DNA of 64,000 nt from Anthoceros angustus (taxonomy: Eukaryota > Plantae > Anthocerotophyta), in the NCBI GenBank assembly GCA_010909165.1, contig VJWM01000223.1:124001-188000 (forward strand), given 5' to 3'. Of the stretch, positions 12,085 through 24,494 are shown one piece after another. Made by a program: the position numbers and the translations under genes. How positions within the stretch are numbered: position 1 is the first letter of the stretch; each line of letters begins with the position of its first letter. Under the pieces are notes generated by a model. That model was not told where the DNA came from, ran no database searches, and worked only from the letters and a program-made list of their open reading frames with translations.

Positions 12085-13165
12085 GTGAAAAAAGAAGACC
12101 CTTTGCCTGAAGCTCCACTCCTGGTTGTGCATATTGCCACCTCGGTTGGTATTCTTCCAGAGTTTTATAGATGCCTCTGCAAGGTCATCACAGAGTCCAA
12201 GATCTATCACAGAAGTATATTTGCAACTATGGAGCACCTTGCGGATATATCACCAGGGAAGGCGAGGTTCCAATGGATTGAGGCTCATGTGTATTATGGT
12301 CTCACTGTTTTGGAGATGAGAGTTTTAGCCACTGATCACAACACTATGTCCGACAAGAGGAGAAAGATGACCTTTATTGAGCAGGTTAGGGACCTCAGAG
12401 ACGAGTTGCAAATTGCGAAGCAGGATGTTGTGAACATGATCATGAACTGGAAATTCAACTTATACAAGGTACTTTGACTGATCGAAGATGACGAAGGCTG
12501 AGAGGATGAGTAGAATGAGCAAAAAAAGGTGGACAACAGGACCCATATTCTATCCATCTCCAAGTTGGAAGGAAAAGTGTGAGAGAATGTGGACAATATA
12601 TTTAGCAAGTGGGAGGCCATGGAGCTGCGAACAGTAAAACATGTTGCAAATTGCGAAGCAGGATGTTGTGAACATGATCATGAACTGGAAATTCAACTTA
12701 TACAAGGTACTTTGGTGATCAAGAAGGCTGAGAGGATGAGTAGAATGAGCAAAAAAGGTGGACAACAGACCCTATATTCTATCCATCTCCAAGTTGGAAG
12801 GAAAAGTGTGAGAGAATGTGGACAATATATTTAGCAAGTGGGAGGCCATGGAGCTGCCGAAACAGGCAAAACATGTTGCAGCGGGCACAAGCAAGAAAAA
12901 CAAGGGCAAACGTAAAGTGACGGATGAGCTGAAGGCAGTAGATGGCGTCTTTGTGAAGCCAAATTCAAAAAAGTTGCAAGGCAAGCCTTGGAGGAGTTTC
13001 CAAGGCATCCCACTTAGAGAGAGTAGCCAGCAAATGTTGATAAGTGCGACAGAGAAGGTTTTGACAGGGCTTCTAGACCGCAATGGGATGTCGAAGGAAG
13101 TCACTCTTCGGAAGATTCAAGTTCCATGTTATTTAGTTGGCAATGGCAAAGCACTTGAAATGTGA
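12085..13165 (+). other. Unidentified coding-like remnant with a 238-bp tandem duplication
   Basis: ORFs 12085-12477 and 12818-13165 have protein-like composition; gttgcaaattgcgaagcagg... repeats at 12405 and 12643. No family recognised. Confidence 0.4.
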
Positions 13166-13339
13166 CTCCAAGTTCGAGCAAGTTAGGCAAGAATATCCCC
13201 CACACTCAACGGACGAGGTTGACATCGTAAGATTCCAGACGGCGTTTGAGGCCAAGGTTTGTTTCAGGTTTGTTTCATGCTTCTATGCTATGATCTGTCT
13301 AGCATGAGGCGCCGGCATGTCAGCGCCCCTGCAGGTGTT

Positions 13340-16300
13340 CTTCCCCTCCTCCTCTTCTATATGCTAATGAACTCACCGTTTGTTTACGGCTCCCCAGGGC
13401 CCTCCTCCCTTCCTTCCGTGCGAAGGTGCGAGGTGCTCCGCCTCCGCCTCCGCCTCCTCCTCCTGCTCCCTTCGGCCACGTCATTCGTCATCAAACAGCT
13501 CTCCTAAGGTCCCCGTGGCTTTGCTATCCCCGGGACCTTCCTCCCTCGCTCCTCCTTCAGACCCATCTGGAAGTCCGCCCACCTGCCTAGGATGGCGCAA
13601 GACTCCAGAGCCTTGAAGAGCTCTGCGTGGTAGTAGGCAAAGTCGGAGTCGACTTATTGAATTGCCTCTTCCACATGGGCCGGGCACACGTTCCCTCCTC
13701 CAGAGGTGCTCGGCGGTGGGCGTGTTGTCACGACTCTGTCTCCGTCGCCAGCTTGCCAATTGGGCCGGGCAGACTTGATACCTTAAAGGCGACCTCGACA
13801 CCTCCTGCAGCCTACTGTTGGCACCTTCGAATCCTCCTCTTCCGTGCTCCACCAACTTCGGCCATGGAGCTGAGCTCTGCGTGGTAGTAGGCAAAGTCAG
13901 GTCGACTTGTTGAATTGCCTCCTCCACATGGGCCGGGCACGGTACTCCCTCCTCCGAGGTGCTCGGCGGTGGGCGTGTTGTAAACTGTGACCCGTCTCCG
14001 TCGCCAGCTTGCCAATTGGCCGGGCGAGACTCCTTGATGCCGCCAAAGGCGACCTCGACACCTCCTGCGGCCTGCTTGCTCGGCGTCTCCTCCTCCTTTC
14101 GTCGTTGCGGCTCCACCAACTTCGGCCATGGGTGAGCTCCTTCGCAATCGGACCGACCCTCTCACTCCTCCTCAGCGCTCGTCCCTCCGTTCATTCTTAG
14201 GAGGTCCGCCACTTCCTTCTCAGCGCGAAGTATCTCGCAAACTCTTGGCTTCCTCCGGCTCCTTCTTGACTGGCGGCGTCCAACTCCTTGGACGCCGCCT
14301 ATTCTCCTCCGTCTTGAGCAAAGGCGGGCGCTCTATCTCTGCTTTCGAAGTCTTGGATTCTCCGTTGAGAATCCGTGTTGCTCGGCGTCTTGGAGTTGCG
14401 GCTCAAGGTGTCTTTGCTACCTCCGGCTCACCACTCCTCCGCTTCCCTGCACGGAGGTCCCTATTTCTCGGTCTTGGCCTCCATCTCTTCCTCATGGCTC
14501 GCCGCGCCACTCAGCCAGCCACTGTTCGGCCTTGAGTTGCAGCGGCTACCCGCTTCTCTCCGGTTCGATCACGTCGGTAGTGATCCCGGTCGACCTTCGC
14601 CCCGCCTCCTCCGCCTCCCGCGCCGCCTTCACCGAGCCTCGCCGGCTTGGTGTTGGTCTGCAGTGCCTCGGCGGTCGCGGGCATTCTTCGCGCCTCGACC
14701 CTCCTCGCCTCCCGCGCCGCTTGCGGAGGTCTTGACCGTGCTTGGGCCTCTGCGCCGCTTATTCGCCCGGTGAAGGATCTTGGTTCGGTCTTCTTGAACC
14801 GCCTTGGACCTCCGCCTCCAGGCATTTCCCTCCTCGACTCGGGCGAGGACTCCATGTCTGCCGCCTCTGGGCGCCTCCATCGCCCTTCAAGTTCCACCAT
14901 CCTCCTCGGGTGGCCTCCACTTCTTGGGTCTTCTCCATTTGTCTTGTGAGACCCCAAAGCATCCGTCCATGGCCAGTAGCTAAAACTCGCCGCGTTTCTT
15001 CCACGGCCACGGGAGATGCCGAGAAAAGTCATTGCGGGCGCGAGCATCTCTGATCCGTCAAGGACGCCATCTGATCGGGAGGCCCAGTGGGGTGGGCTCC
15101 GGACCTAATCGGGACCCTTAGGTCACGAGTCTTTGAGTCCGAGCCTCACCTTCCTTGGCCCTCTTGGCGCTAGCTCGTTCTCCGCCTTTTCCTCCACAGG
15201 GCTCGGAGGTGGCGAAGGGGTCAGGGGCGGCCCTTTTCCTCTCCGGTTGGAGACAAGGCAGCTCGGGTGAGGCTCTGCCAGTGGCCTCCGCTCCTTGGGC
15301 GCGTCCCTCTCCGCCTTTTCCTCCTCCACTTCTTGCCACTCCGTTGGCGAGGCAGGCACGGCGCTGGTGTGCTGCGTTGATGCGGTAGCGTCTTCCGCCT
15401 CTTGATTCTCCTCCGCCTCCTCCAGAGGTGCTCGGCGTTGTTGTTGGTCTGGCCTGTGAGCCACCAACTCCCGTCCTTGGCGCCTCTCAGGCTCGGTGGG
15501 GGCACCAAGAGGAAGGCGGGATGTCCTCCACACTTCCACGGGTGGCGGGGGTCCGCTCAGGACATATAGATGCAGAATCACCTCCCAGTCGTCCTCCTCC
15601 GGACCTTCTTACTCCCGGATGGGCGGGCCTCTACCTCCTGCGCTCTTCCCTCCTCCAGAGGTGCTCGGCGGTGGGCGGCCCGGCCCTTTCGGGGTGCTCG
15701 TTCTCCTTTTCCTCCACGGGGCTCGGGGCGAAGGGGTCGCGGCCCTTTTCCTCTCCGGTTGGAGACAAGGCAGCTCGGGTGAGGCTCTGCCAGTGGCCTC
15801 CGCTCCTTGGGCGCGTCCCTCTCCGCCTTTTCCTCCTCCGCTTTCTTGGGTCTTCTCCGGCTGCCTGAGACCCCAAAGCATCCGTCCATGGCCAGTAGCT
15901 AAAACTCGCCGCGTTTCTTCCACGGCCGCGGGAGATGCCGAGAAGTCCATTGCGGGCGCGAGCATCTCTGTCCGCTAAGGACCGCCATATCTTAGCCTCG
16001 GAGCGAGTCCGGACTGGGCTCTCCGGACCTAATCAGGACCCTTAGGTCACGAGTCTTTGAGTCGAGCTCTCACCTTGGCCCTCTTGGCGCTAGCTCGTTC
16101 CCCTTTTCCTCCACAGGGCTCGAGTGGCGAAGGGGTCCGGAGCTTCTTTTCCTCCGGTTGGAGACAAGGCAGCTCGGGTGAGGCTGATGGCCCGCTCCTT
16201 GGGCGCGTCCCTCTCCGCCCCTTAACCTTGCCCTCCGCTTCTTGCCACTCCGTTGGCGAGGCAGGCACGGGCGCTGGTGTGCTGCGTTGATGCGGTAGCG

Positions 16301-18480
16301 TCTTCCGCCTCTTGATTCCCGGTCAGCCAGGCTCGGCGTTGTTGTTGGTCTGGCCTGTGAGCCACCAACTCCCGTCCTTGGCGCCTCTCAGGCTCGGTGG
16401 GGGCACCAAGAGGAAGGCGGGATGTCCTCCACACTTCCACGGGTGGCGGGGGTCCGCTCAGGACATATAGATGCAGAATCACCTCCCAGTCGTCCTCCTC
16501 CGGACCTTCTTACTCCCGGATGGGCGGGCCTCTACCTCCTGCGCTCTTCCCTCCTCCGGTGAGGCGGCCCGGCCCTTTCGGGGTGCTCGTTCTCCTTTTC
16601 CTCCACGGGGCTCGGGGCGAAGGGGTCGCGGCCCTTTTCCTCTCCGGTTGGAGACAAGGCAGCTCGGGTGAGGCTGCCAGTGGCCTCTCCGCTCCTTGGG
16701 CGCGTCCCTCTCCGCCTTGCCTCCTCGCCACCACTCCGTTGGCGAGGCAAGCCGGGCGCCGATATTCGCTGCGTTACAGCGGCGCCGTCTTCCGCCTCTT
16801 GATTCCGGCCCGTGAGGGCTCGGCAGCCGTTATCGTGGGGTGGCTGCGGGCCGAGCCACCAACTCCGTCCTGGCACGCCTGCCTCGGGCGCTCCGGGGGG
16901 GGCACCAAGAGGAGAGAAGCGGGGATGTCCTCCCACACTTCCCTGGGTGGCGAGGGGGTCCGCTCCAGACATATGGAGTCTGGAATCACCTCCCAGTCGT
17001 CCTCCTCCCGGACCTTCTTACTCCGGACTGGACGGGCCTCTACCTCCTGCGCTCTTCCCTCCGTCTCCGGTAGAGCGGCCAGCCCGTTCCGGAGTGCTCA
17101 TTCTTCTTCACCCTCCTTCAGGAGGTTTGCGTGCCCCCACACATGAATCAAAAACGGCGATAACGCGGCGAGGTAACTTCTCGCACCTTAGCTTGACGGG
17201 CTTCCGATTGACCGAGATTATCACGCCCGATCGTAGCGTTTCCCTACATGAGTCGTGGAGGAATACTAGCAGATTATCTCAAGGTGGTCCACCTTGGTGA
17301 GCATGTTCGATGGGCGATAATCTTCGCCGGCGTACCCTCACATGTCGAGGTCAGGCATCGACCATCCGTTGGAGGACGGCTGCGTTCACAGTCGCAAAAG
17401 GGCATACGGCGCTTCCACCTTCCCTTCACCTTGGGGTACTCCTCCTACTTCCTCTGCTGGGCGGTTGTAAGCCGCCCTCGGGACCTCCACGGTCCACCTC
17501 TAGGGTCCTCGCAGTTCTTGGATCGAACCTCCTTGTTGGCCGCCAACATCTTTCGGCGTACTCCGGACTAGGTGTTGTCGAAGGTCGAGATGGCACTGGA
17601 AAATGTCAGTGCCACTCCTCGGCTCCTCGCCTCCTCCGTACGGCCCGAAGTCGGGTGGCGCTTGGTAGCGATGTTGCGCTCCACCAGCGCCATGGCTCCC
17701 ACCTCCGCTTTCTTGGGTCCCATCTTCCCTCATACATTTACTGTTGAAGTGTGAGGTTCCGCAATCTTCCGCTCCTCGGCCGCGGGTTGCTTCCTTGCAG
17801 TCGAACTCGCCGAAGGGTGCTGAGCGATCAAAAGACAACGCATGAAGGCGGTGTCAGCTCGAGAGGATCTGTCATGCGATTGTTTGGAAGAATGACCTCC
17901 GCCTTTTCCTCTCCGGTTGGAGACAAGGCAGCTCGGTGAGGCGGCCGCTTGTATTGGCATCGGGGGGCACGCATGCCTCTCACCTTACGCTTACTCGGCC
18001 TTCTGCGCCGCGGTGCGGGCGTGAATACACACTATGCACTTTGGCCCAACCCCTACGGTCTGGCTGCTGCATGCCCGCCTACCACTCTGTACTATCGCAT
18101 TAGCGCCACCTGTCTAACTCACGCTCCAACTTCTAAGTTACTTTACTTGGCGTACTTATCCGTTTTGACGGGTGGGGTCGGACTTATCGATACTCGGTCG
18201 TGGTCCGGAGGTCCTTGGAGTGGGCTCAGTCAGTTACCTACCAGTCGGAGTCCGGTCATCGATCCAGGATCAGGTCCGTGCTTATTCCTCCTCTTCCGCC
18301 TTATTTTACACTCCCTACCCACGAAAAAAACAAACCCAGCTTATTTCCTAACCCCCAAGGAGAGTCCATTTTCCACACCTGTGCAAGAATCACACATCAT
18401 TATGGGGGTCTTGTTTACCATAAACCTTACTTAGAAGGGGCCAGCCGTAAGAATCCCTAACCTTATGACGGCAGCCCTAA
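13340..18480 (-). mobile_element. Mosaic of GC-rich tandem and shuffled duplications, probably a degenerate retroelement low-complexity ORF region
   Basis: ~255-bp unit (13615 and 13870), ~920-bp unit (14930-15850 and 15850-16740), and recurring motifs ctccagaggtgctcggcg and cctctccggttggagacaaggcagctcgg (15238, 15750, 16150, 16640, 17908). No RT, integrase or endonuclease motif found. Confidence 0.5.
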
Positions 18481-19054
18481 TAGTGCATGGTATCATTTTC
18501 AAAACCCCAGAATTCGATCATAACTGCACCTGATTCAACCCTATTTCGAGCATTATTGAACCCATAATTACACCATAAGTGAACCCTTTTTTGAGCATAG
18601 ATTTCGTAGTGTCAACAAACCAAACTGCGATCGGATGGCGGTGCCGTATCTTTTGCGGCTTGTATTCAGCTGGCAGCTATTATATCTCCTTTATTGTGCC
18701 CTAGTCAGTGCAGCTTGAATTTGCAAGAACGAGCAGAGTTTGAGTGTGGTAGCGGAGTATGAGCGGTTCCAATGTCTGGTGGACGGCTTCTTGTTACAAG
18801 GTCTACGGTGAATGCTAAGAGGCAACTCTACGTCGTGCTTGAGGGTTGGCGGTATCGGTGTCCGCTGGTCTAAGAAGGCATCTCCGCCATAATGCTGCAA
18901 TCCATCCATAGCCAGGACGAGGATGAGGTATTGTTTGTAGTCGCCATGGTCTCCACACTATATAGAAAAAGACATAGGCATTCCAGGTCCCATACAAACT
19001 AATGCGATGTTGTAGGAGGTGCTCGATGCTAGTATCAATGGAGCCGGAAAGACT

Positions 19055-19964
19055 GATTCTCAATTCCTGAGAAATCTGGATGATGTTCGAAGGAACGCTA
19101 GGAAGGCACGTCTCGGGGCACCTGCACTAGACGCACCCATTGCATCGTGCTTGCCACAAGCAATGCCAAAGGGTTATTTTGCCATAGCAACTCTGTCCAT
19201 GTGCAGTAGATTCATTGTCACAATTGCATATTCCAAGTGATGTTCACCATTTTGCAGTTGTATGCCTTTAGATGTTGGGTGGCTCAAAATTGGACTCACG
19301 TTGGCTATTTCACAGGTAATTGATATACCAGTCGCTAATCCAATACTGTGGATTAGTGGGCTGCTTAAGTTGAGATGAAAGCGATGATCTTTGCTGCAAG
19401 TCGAGGAGGAAAGAGGAGAACGCAATAGTCTCCACGAATTTCTTGATATGTGCCTCCCACTCCCCGGAACTTGAATTTGTATGGTATGATGGAAGGCAGC
19501 CCGGATCGAGGAAAGGCGATTCTCAATTCACGAGAAATCGGATGATGTTCGAAGGAACGCTAGGAAGGCACGTCTCGGGGCACCTGCACTAGACGCACCC
19601 ATTGCATCGTGCTTGCCACAAGCAATGCCAAAGGGTTATTTTGCCATAGCAACTCTGTCCATGTGCAGTAGATTCATTGTCACAATTGCATATTCCAAGT
19701 GATGTTCACCATTTTGCAGTTGTATGCCTTTAGATGTTGGGTGGCTCAAAATTGGACTCACGTTGGCTATTTCACAGGTAATTGATATACCAGTCGCTAA
19801 TCCAATACTGTGGATTAGTGGGCTGCTTAAGTTGAGATGAAAGCGATGATCTTTGCTGCAAGTCGAGGAGGAAAGAGGAGAACGCAATAGTCTCCACGAA
19901 TTTCTTGATATGTGCCTCCCACTCCCCGGAACTTGAATTTGTATGGTATGATGGAAGGCAGCCC
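19055..19964. repeat. Near-identical 462-bp tandem duplication containing exon-like segments
   Basis: tgatgttcgaaggaacgc at 19081 and 19543; gggttattttgcc at 19171 and 19633. Confidence 0.92.
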
Positions 19965-20689
19965 AGATGGGCAGAGGAAAGGCGGAGATTGTGCACATCC
20001 ATCCAACTCTAAGGCTGTGTGCGGGTTGTTTTCTGGAGATGCGAACGTCAAGGGGGTTGGCAGCCCTATAGATGATGACATGGATGCATTCCAGACACCA
20101 CCTATGACATGTAATGCAATGACTCTTATCATCCAAAGCTGCTATGTGAGACATTGCAAACGGACAATAATGTTTTTTCGCTTCAGAAAAGGTACGCTAC
20201 AGGTGTGTTTTTGAAGAAAAGCGAGGGAGATGATGTGATGGCAGATTTGAGGAAGCCGTACATGCTACAACAAGTACGTTGTGCCTGCCTATGCTATCCA
20301 AGGATGGTCTTCAGGAGCAAAGGACTAGGTTCTTGAGGATGGGAAGGCCGGTGCAAGAGACATTCCTTCAATCTCTTGTTAGACTGGATGTGAATGCGAA
20401 ATCTAGAGATCGTTATATGTTACTAGTGTATTACATGGGCGCCGGCATGCATGGAGACCCGTGGGAGGGCGCCGGCATGCCGGCGCCCTTGGCCTGCACG
20501 TTAGTGGTGGTCCGATGGCATGCCGGCATTGTAGCCTCGGAGACATGTCGGCGCCCCTTACTGTAGGGCGCCTTATTAAAGTTTATTGGGTCAAAGCCTT
20601 GACGGTTTCATGGTTGGAAGATGACACATGTGTACTGTGCGCACAAGTATTGTCATTTGGATGCTTTCCCAACATGCTGGCGATTCTCG

Positions 20690-21750
20690 ACGTCGAGAAC
20701 CACCATGACGTTTCCTTGTGTCACATTGCGCCCAGTGTCCTGGGCTGCCCTCGCTGTCCTTGAGGGTGCAGGAGCCACGGACGCTGTCTCTAGCTTTGCT
20801 TACACCAATTCAGAAGGAGCATGAATTCCGGGCTTGGCTGGGAGATCTTTCTTGTTGCGCTTGGAAATGCGGACCATGATTCAACTCCTAGTCTAGAGTC
20901 CAAGCTTAATCCAAAGCCCAGATCCCAACACTGCCGATGACAACAGGTAGCTAGGAAGTAACTGCACGTCCATAAGGTACAAATCTGTAGTGGCGAATGA
21001 CAAACCTTGACAACATAAACATACGCGAACAACATAATTTATACAAATCTGGAAGATCTCAGTTACTATATCACACATTAAAATATTGTTATATTATTAT
21101 ACGAAAAATCAAAACATAGCAGAACAGGTGTAGGTGCAGGTAGAAAGGAAGGAGAGGGGGTGCGGCATAAGCATAAGTAAAGAACAACATACAAAACATA
21201 ATTATAATAGTCGTCGACTTACCCTAAACTACACAATCCTCAAATGTAAAATACCTCATCAAAAACCAACTTCGATGATCAGACAACTACAACAATCAGA
21301 TATGAAACCAAACGACTTGAGCAACAAGATAGGATATAAGGCAAAGCTACAAACAAGATAGGAGATCGGGCGAAGCTACCGGAGCAACAAGCTAGGAGAA
21401 GAGTCGCTTTAAAACCAAACGACTTGAGCAACAAATTGGGAGATGGGGCGAAGCTACCGGAGCAACAAGCTAGGAGAAGAGTCGCTTCGAAACCAAACAG
21501 CTCGAGCAACAAATTAGAAGATGGGGCAAAGCTACTAGAGTAACAGGAGGCAAAAGCAAAGCAACAGGAGGCAAAGGCAACCGGAGGCAAGAGTAACTGG
21601 ATGCAAGAGCGATGGGCGAGAGGCGGAGGAGAGCAAGAGCGATGAGGCGAGGCGAGCAAAGCGGTGGGAGGCAAACAATAAGAGGCGAGCAAAGCGGAGG
21701 AGGCAAGAGCAATAAGAGGCGAGAGCCGAGCCGTAGGAGGCAAGATCCCT
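20690..21750 (-). pseudogene. Copy of the upstream region, start codon and N-terminus of the trihelix-aldolase family
   Basis: ATG at 20877 gives MVRISKRNKKDLPAKPGIHAPSELV...; reverse complement matches 26250-27240. Confidence 0.85.
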
Positions 21751-21759
21751 AAGAGGCGA

Positions 21760-23225
21760 GTGGAGCCTTTCCATGCGTTCCATGACATGACAAGATATGA
21801 TGAGATAAGAATGAAAAGGAAATATTTTATTGAGGTGAAAAACGATGGAAAAAGCCCATCTATGAGGGGACAACCAAAGAGGACCAGGGGTCAAGGTGAA
21901 GAGGAGCAAATAAGCTCCTACCTAAAGTCACCCATCGCACCCACAATGTCATATGCGGGAAGAAGCACCGCAAACCACGGAGATAGAGGAAGATCGTCAC
22001 CCTCATGGCCTTGTGGAGGATCGCTGAGAGCGCCTGAAGGGCAATTGAAACCCGTTGTTGGAAGTATCTTTGTAATCGAGAGGGACACCCCATGTCTACG
22101 TGCATGGTAAGCTTGTACGAGGACTTGACAAATTTGTCAAAGTCCTCGACCACCCATCGTTTCTAGTGCAAGCGGAATAAGAGGTGGCCGCTTGCATCCC
22201 GCAATATTTGCGGACCTTGAGAGCCCTGCTCCGTGACCCAACGGGCAGTTAGTGATGACTGGCGGAGATGGTGTCTCGTGTAGGATCGGTAACCACCACA
22301 TCCGCCGAAACACGGTCGCCACGGACAAAGTGCAGTCGGCCGGATTGAGCGACATGCGGAGTATACATCCGCTCCCTCCATGCCATGTAGCCGCTTTTCG
22401 CGGCGATGGCGAACATGATGTCAGCGGATGGCGTCGTGAGTGGCTATGCGATGACCCCGTGAGGACAACGGCAAGGTGTACCCCGTAATCATCGAGGCGA
22501 GCCGCTTTTCAAAGTAAGGCGAAGAAGCCACGGTGGGCGAGCCAGACGGAGAGTATACATCCGCCTCCTCCATGCCATGTAGCCGAGCGATGGCGAACAT
22601 GACATCGCTGGATGGCGCCGTGAGTGGCAATGCGATGACCGTAGGGACAACGAGCAAGGTGTACCCGTAATCATCGAGGGCGAGCCGCACTGCAAGTAAG
22701 GAGCGAAGAAGCCACAGCCGGAGCAGCTGACGGAATCGCATCGATGGTGAAGGTGGTTGGTGCGATGTGAAAACCCCGTATGCATGGGCGGGCCAATAGC
22801 CAAGCACTGCCCTTCCGAACAAGAGGCGAGCCGCGCCTTGTGGACACAGGGATGGAGGGGTCTGGAGGCGAAGCGGCGGGCGCTCGGCGAGATGCTGCAA
22901 CCCCAGAAACCATCGATAATAAATGTCGAGAAAGGAGGAAGTCCTTAGAGCATCCGATAACATGTCCCTAGCTTGCCTCAAGGGCGTTTGGAGAGAGGTT
23001 CCTCCTCCACACGATCGAGATCCTCGGAAAGGGCCTGTCATGGAGGATGAACCGAGAAGCCAAAGCGAGGCGCCCAGCCCGAAAGCCGGGAAGAGACCTC
23101 CAGTGAGCGGAACTGTGCCTCAAATTGCATGTAGGGACGCTTGCCAGCGGGCCAGATCGCCCATAGGGCACTCAAAAGCCCCTGAGCCCAGGATGTCCCC
23201 GAGAGTATCCATAATCTTCCTGTGA
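21760..23225 (-). mobile_element. Degenerate 3' part of a CRE-like (RLE-bearing) non-LTR retrotransposon
   Basis: Post-RT segment homologous to 53370-53470, zinc-knuckle-like DDYG..H...HRIATHDAIR, LIPLALETMGG, and terminal RYFQQRVSIALQ. AATAAA near 21826. Internal duplication 22380-22520 and 22560-22700. Confidence 0.75.
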
Positions 23226-23776
23226 GATAAGAATGATAGTGATGCACTGTGTGGAAGAGCACAATACAATCCGAACCGCCATGCGAAAGTGGTTCACAGG
23301 GGGAGGTTTGGTCTCATTTGTGTGGGACGAGACGAATATGCCCGATGACCAAGCTGGCTACGACATTGTGGAATACATCACAATAGGATGGGGTTTAACG
23401 TCTCGTAGCGAGAAGGCCAGAATTTCCAAGCTCCTGTATATTGTACAGGGTTCTTTCAACAAAGAGCATTTCTGTCATTGGGTATGACATCATGGTATCT
23501 ACCATAGTGAAGAAGTTGTTGTACACATCTTTCGATAAGTTGGTGGTCTGTGCTTATCAGAGTTCATTTTCAAAGGAGAGAGATTGGATTTTAGACGCCT
23601 ATACTGGGAGTGGTTCGACAACACTAGTTGCTCTGCTATATGGCTGCAATTGCATTGTTGTGGATGTAGACAAGCGCTGTACAAAGTTCATTCCTCAGAG
23701 GATCCATGGATATGAAGTTCTGCCAGACGCAGAAGCGAAGTTGTACCACGAGCCACATTGCCGGGGTTCTACCTAG
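23226..23776 (+). pseudogene. C-terminal part of a beta-class N4/N6 DNA amino-methyltransferase (N6_N4_Mtase-like), frameshifted
   Basis: SFSKERDWILDAYTGSGSTTLVALLYGCNCIVVDVDKRC matches the C-terminal SAM-binding motif I region. Upstream SFVWDETN...VEYITIGW resembles the central W-x-K/E motif region. No DPPY motif seen, probably truncated at the CRE junction. Confidence 0.72.
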
Positions 23777-24276
23777 TTCTAGGCTAAAGAGGTGAGCTTG
23801 TTGGAAAAGGGTTTGTCCCAAGCTCAAGTTGTTTCTTTGGGGTCTAGTAGGAGGAAATATAAGACTAGAGACATCCTCGACAGTGGGTAGCAGACATTGG
23901 ACACAGTCTGGCATCTAACGGACACCGCTGAAGGATGTGGAGGGGGCACATTGGACACAGGAAATGTCATGGAGGAGAAAGACACTTTTGAAGACCCCGA
24001 GCAGGCGCGACTGAAGAACCTAGAAGTAGTCATGGATAGCATTTCCTGGCAGTGCCCACCAAAGTCTCAGCTTTGTTTTGACGATCGTGCGGGTTAGAGT
24101 GCACTTTTGTGGATCGAAGGTTCCATACTCTTATGTCGAGCTTTTGTGTTGTGTAGAGGGCGCCGACATGCCAGTGCTCTCAAACTTCTAAACCCTTTGA
24201 CCAGTGATGACTTCAGGGCGGGTTTTTGATCCGACGGAACCACCCTATTGTAAACATATCGGAGAGGGTACTTCTG

Positions 24277-24311
24277 GGCACCGGCATGCCGGCGCCTGCT
24301 ACCGTACCTAG
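24277..24311 (+). other. GC-rich palindrome, 11 nt, then CTAG (Helitron 3'-end-like)
   Basis: ggcaccggcatgccggcgcc-tgctaccgtac-CTAG; related palindromes at 13308, 20438, 20467 (perfect 22-mer) and 24158. Confidence 0.45.
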
Positions 24312-24494
24312 ACAATTCTTGCTATTAAAAATGGACTAAAATTGCAATACGAAGGAATAATACCCACCCCCAAAAAATTAAAACATGCTTAAATATGCAA
24401 TATAGTTAATGTCCAGCTTTGCACAAGAGAGTTTTTGATTTGCGGAAGCGGGTTCGTATATTCAACCGCTTCAAATATTATCGTGTTCCGAAGA

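Noticed and set aside
17130-17500. L1 ORF1 zinc-knuckle-like VKLRCEKLPR segment
   Set aside because: The CCHC residues are missing, the frames are broken by stops, and no endonuclease or RT follows; too weak to call.
10930-18480. DIRS element with inverted terminal repeats
   Set aside because: Only patchy similarity between 10960-11100 and 18290-18360; no tyrosine recombinase, RT or RNase H motifs seen.
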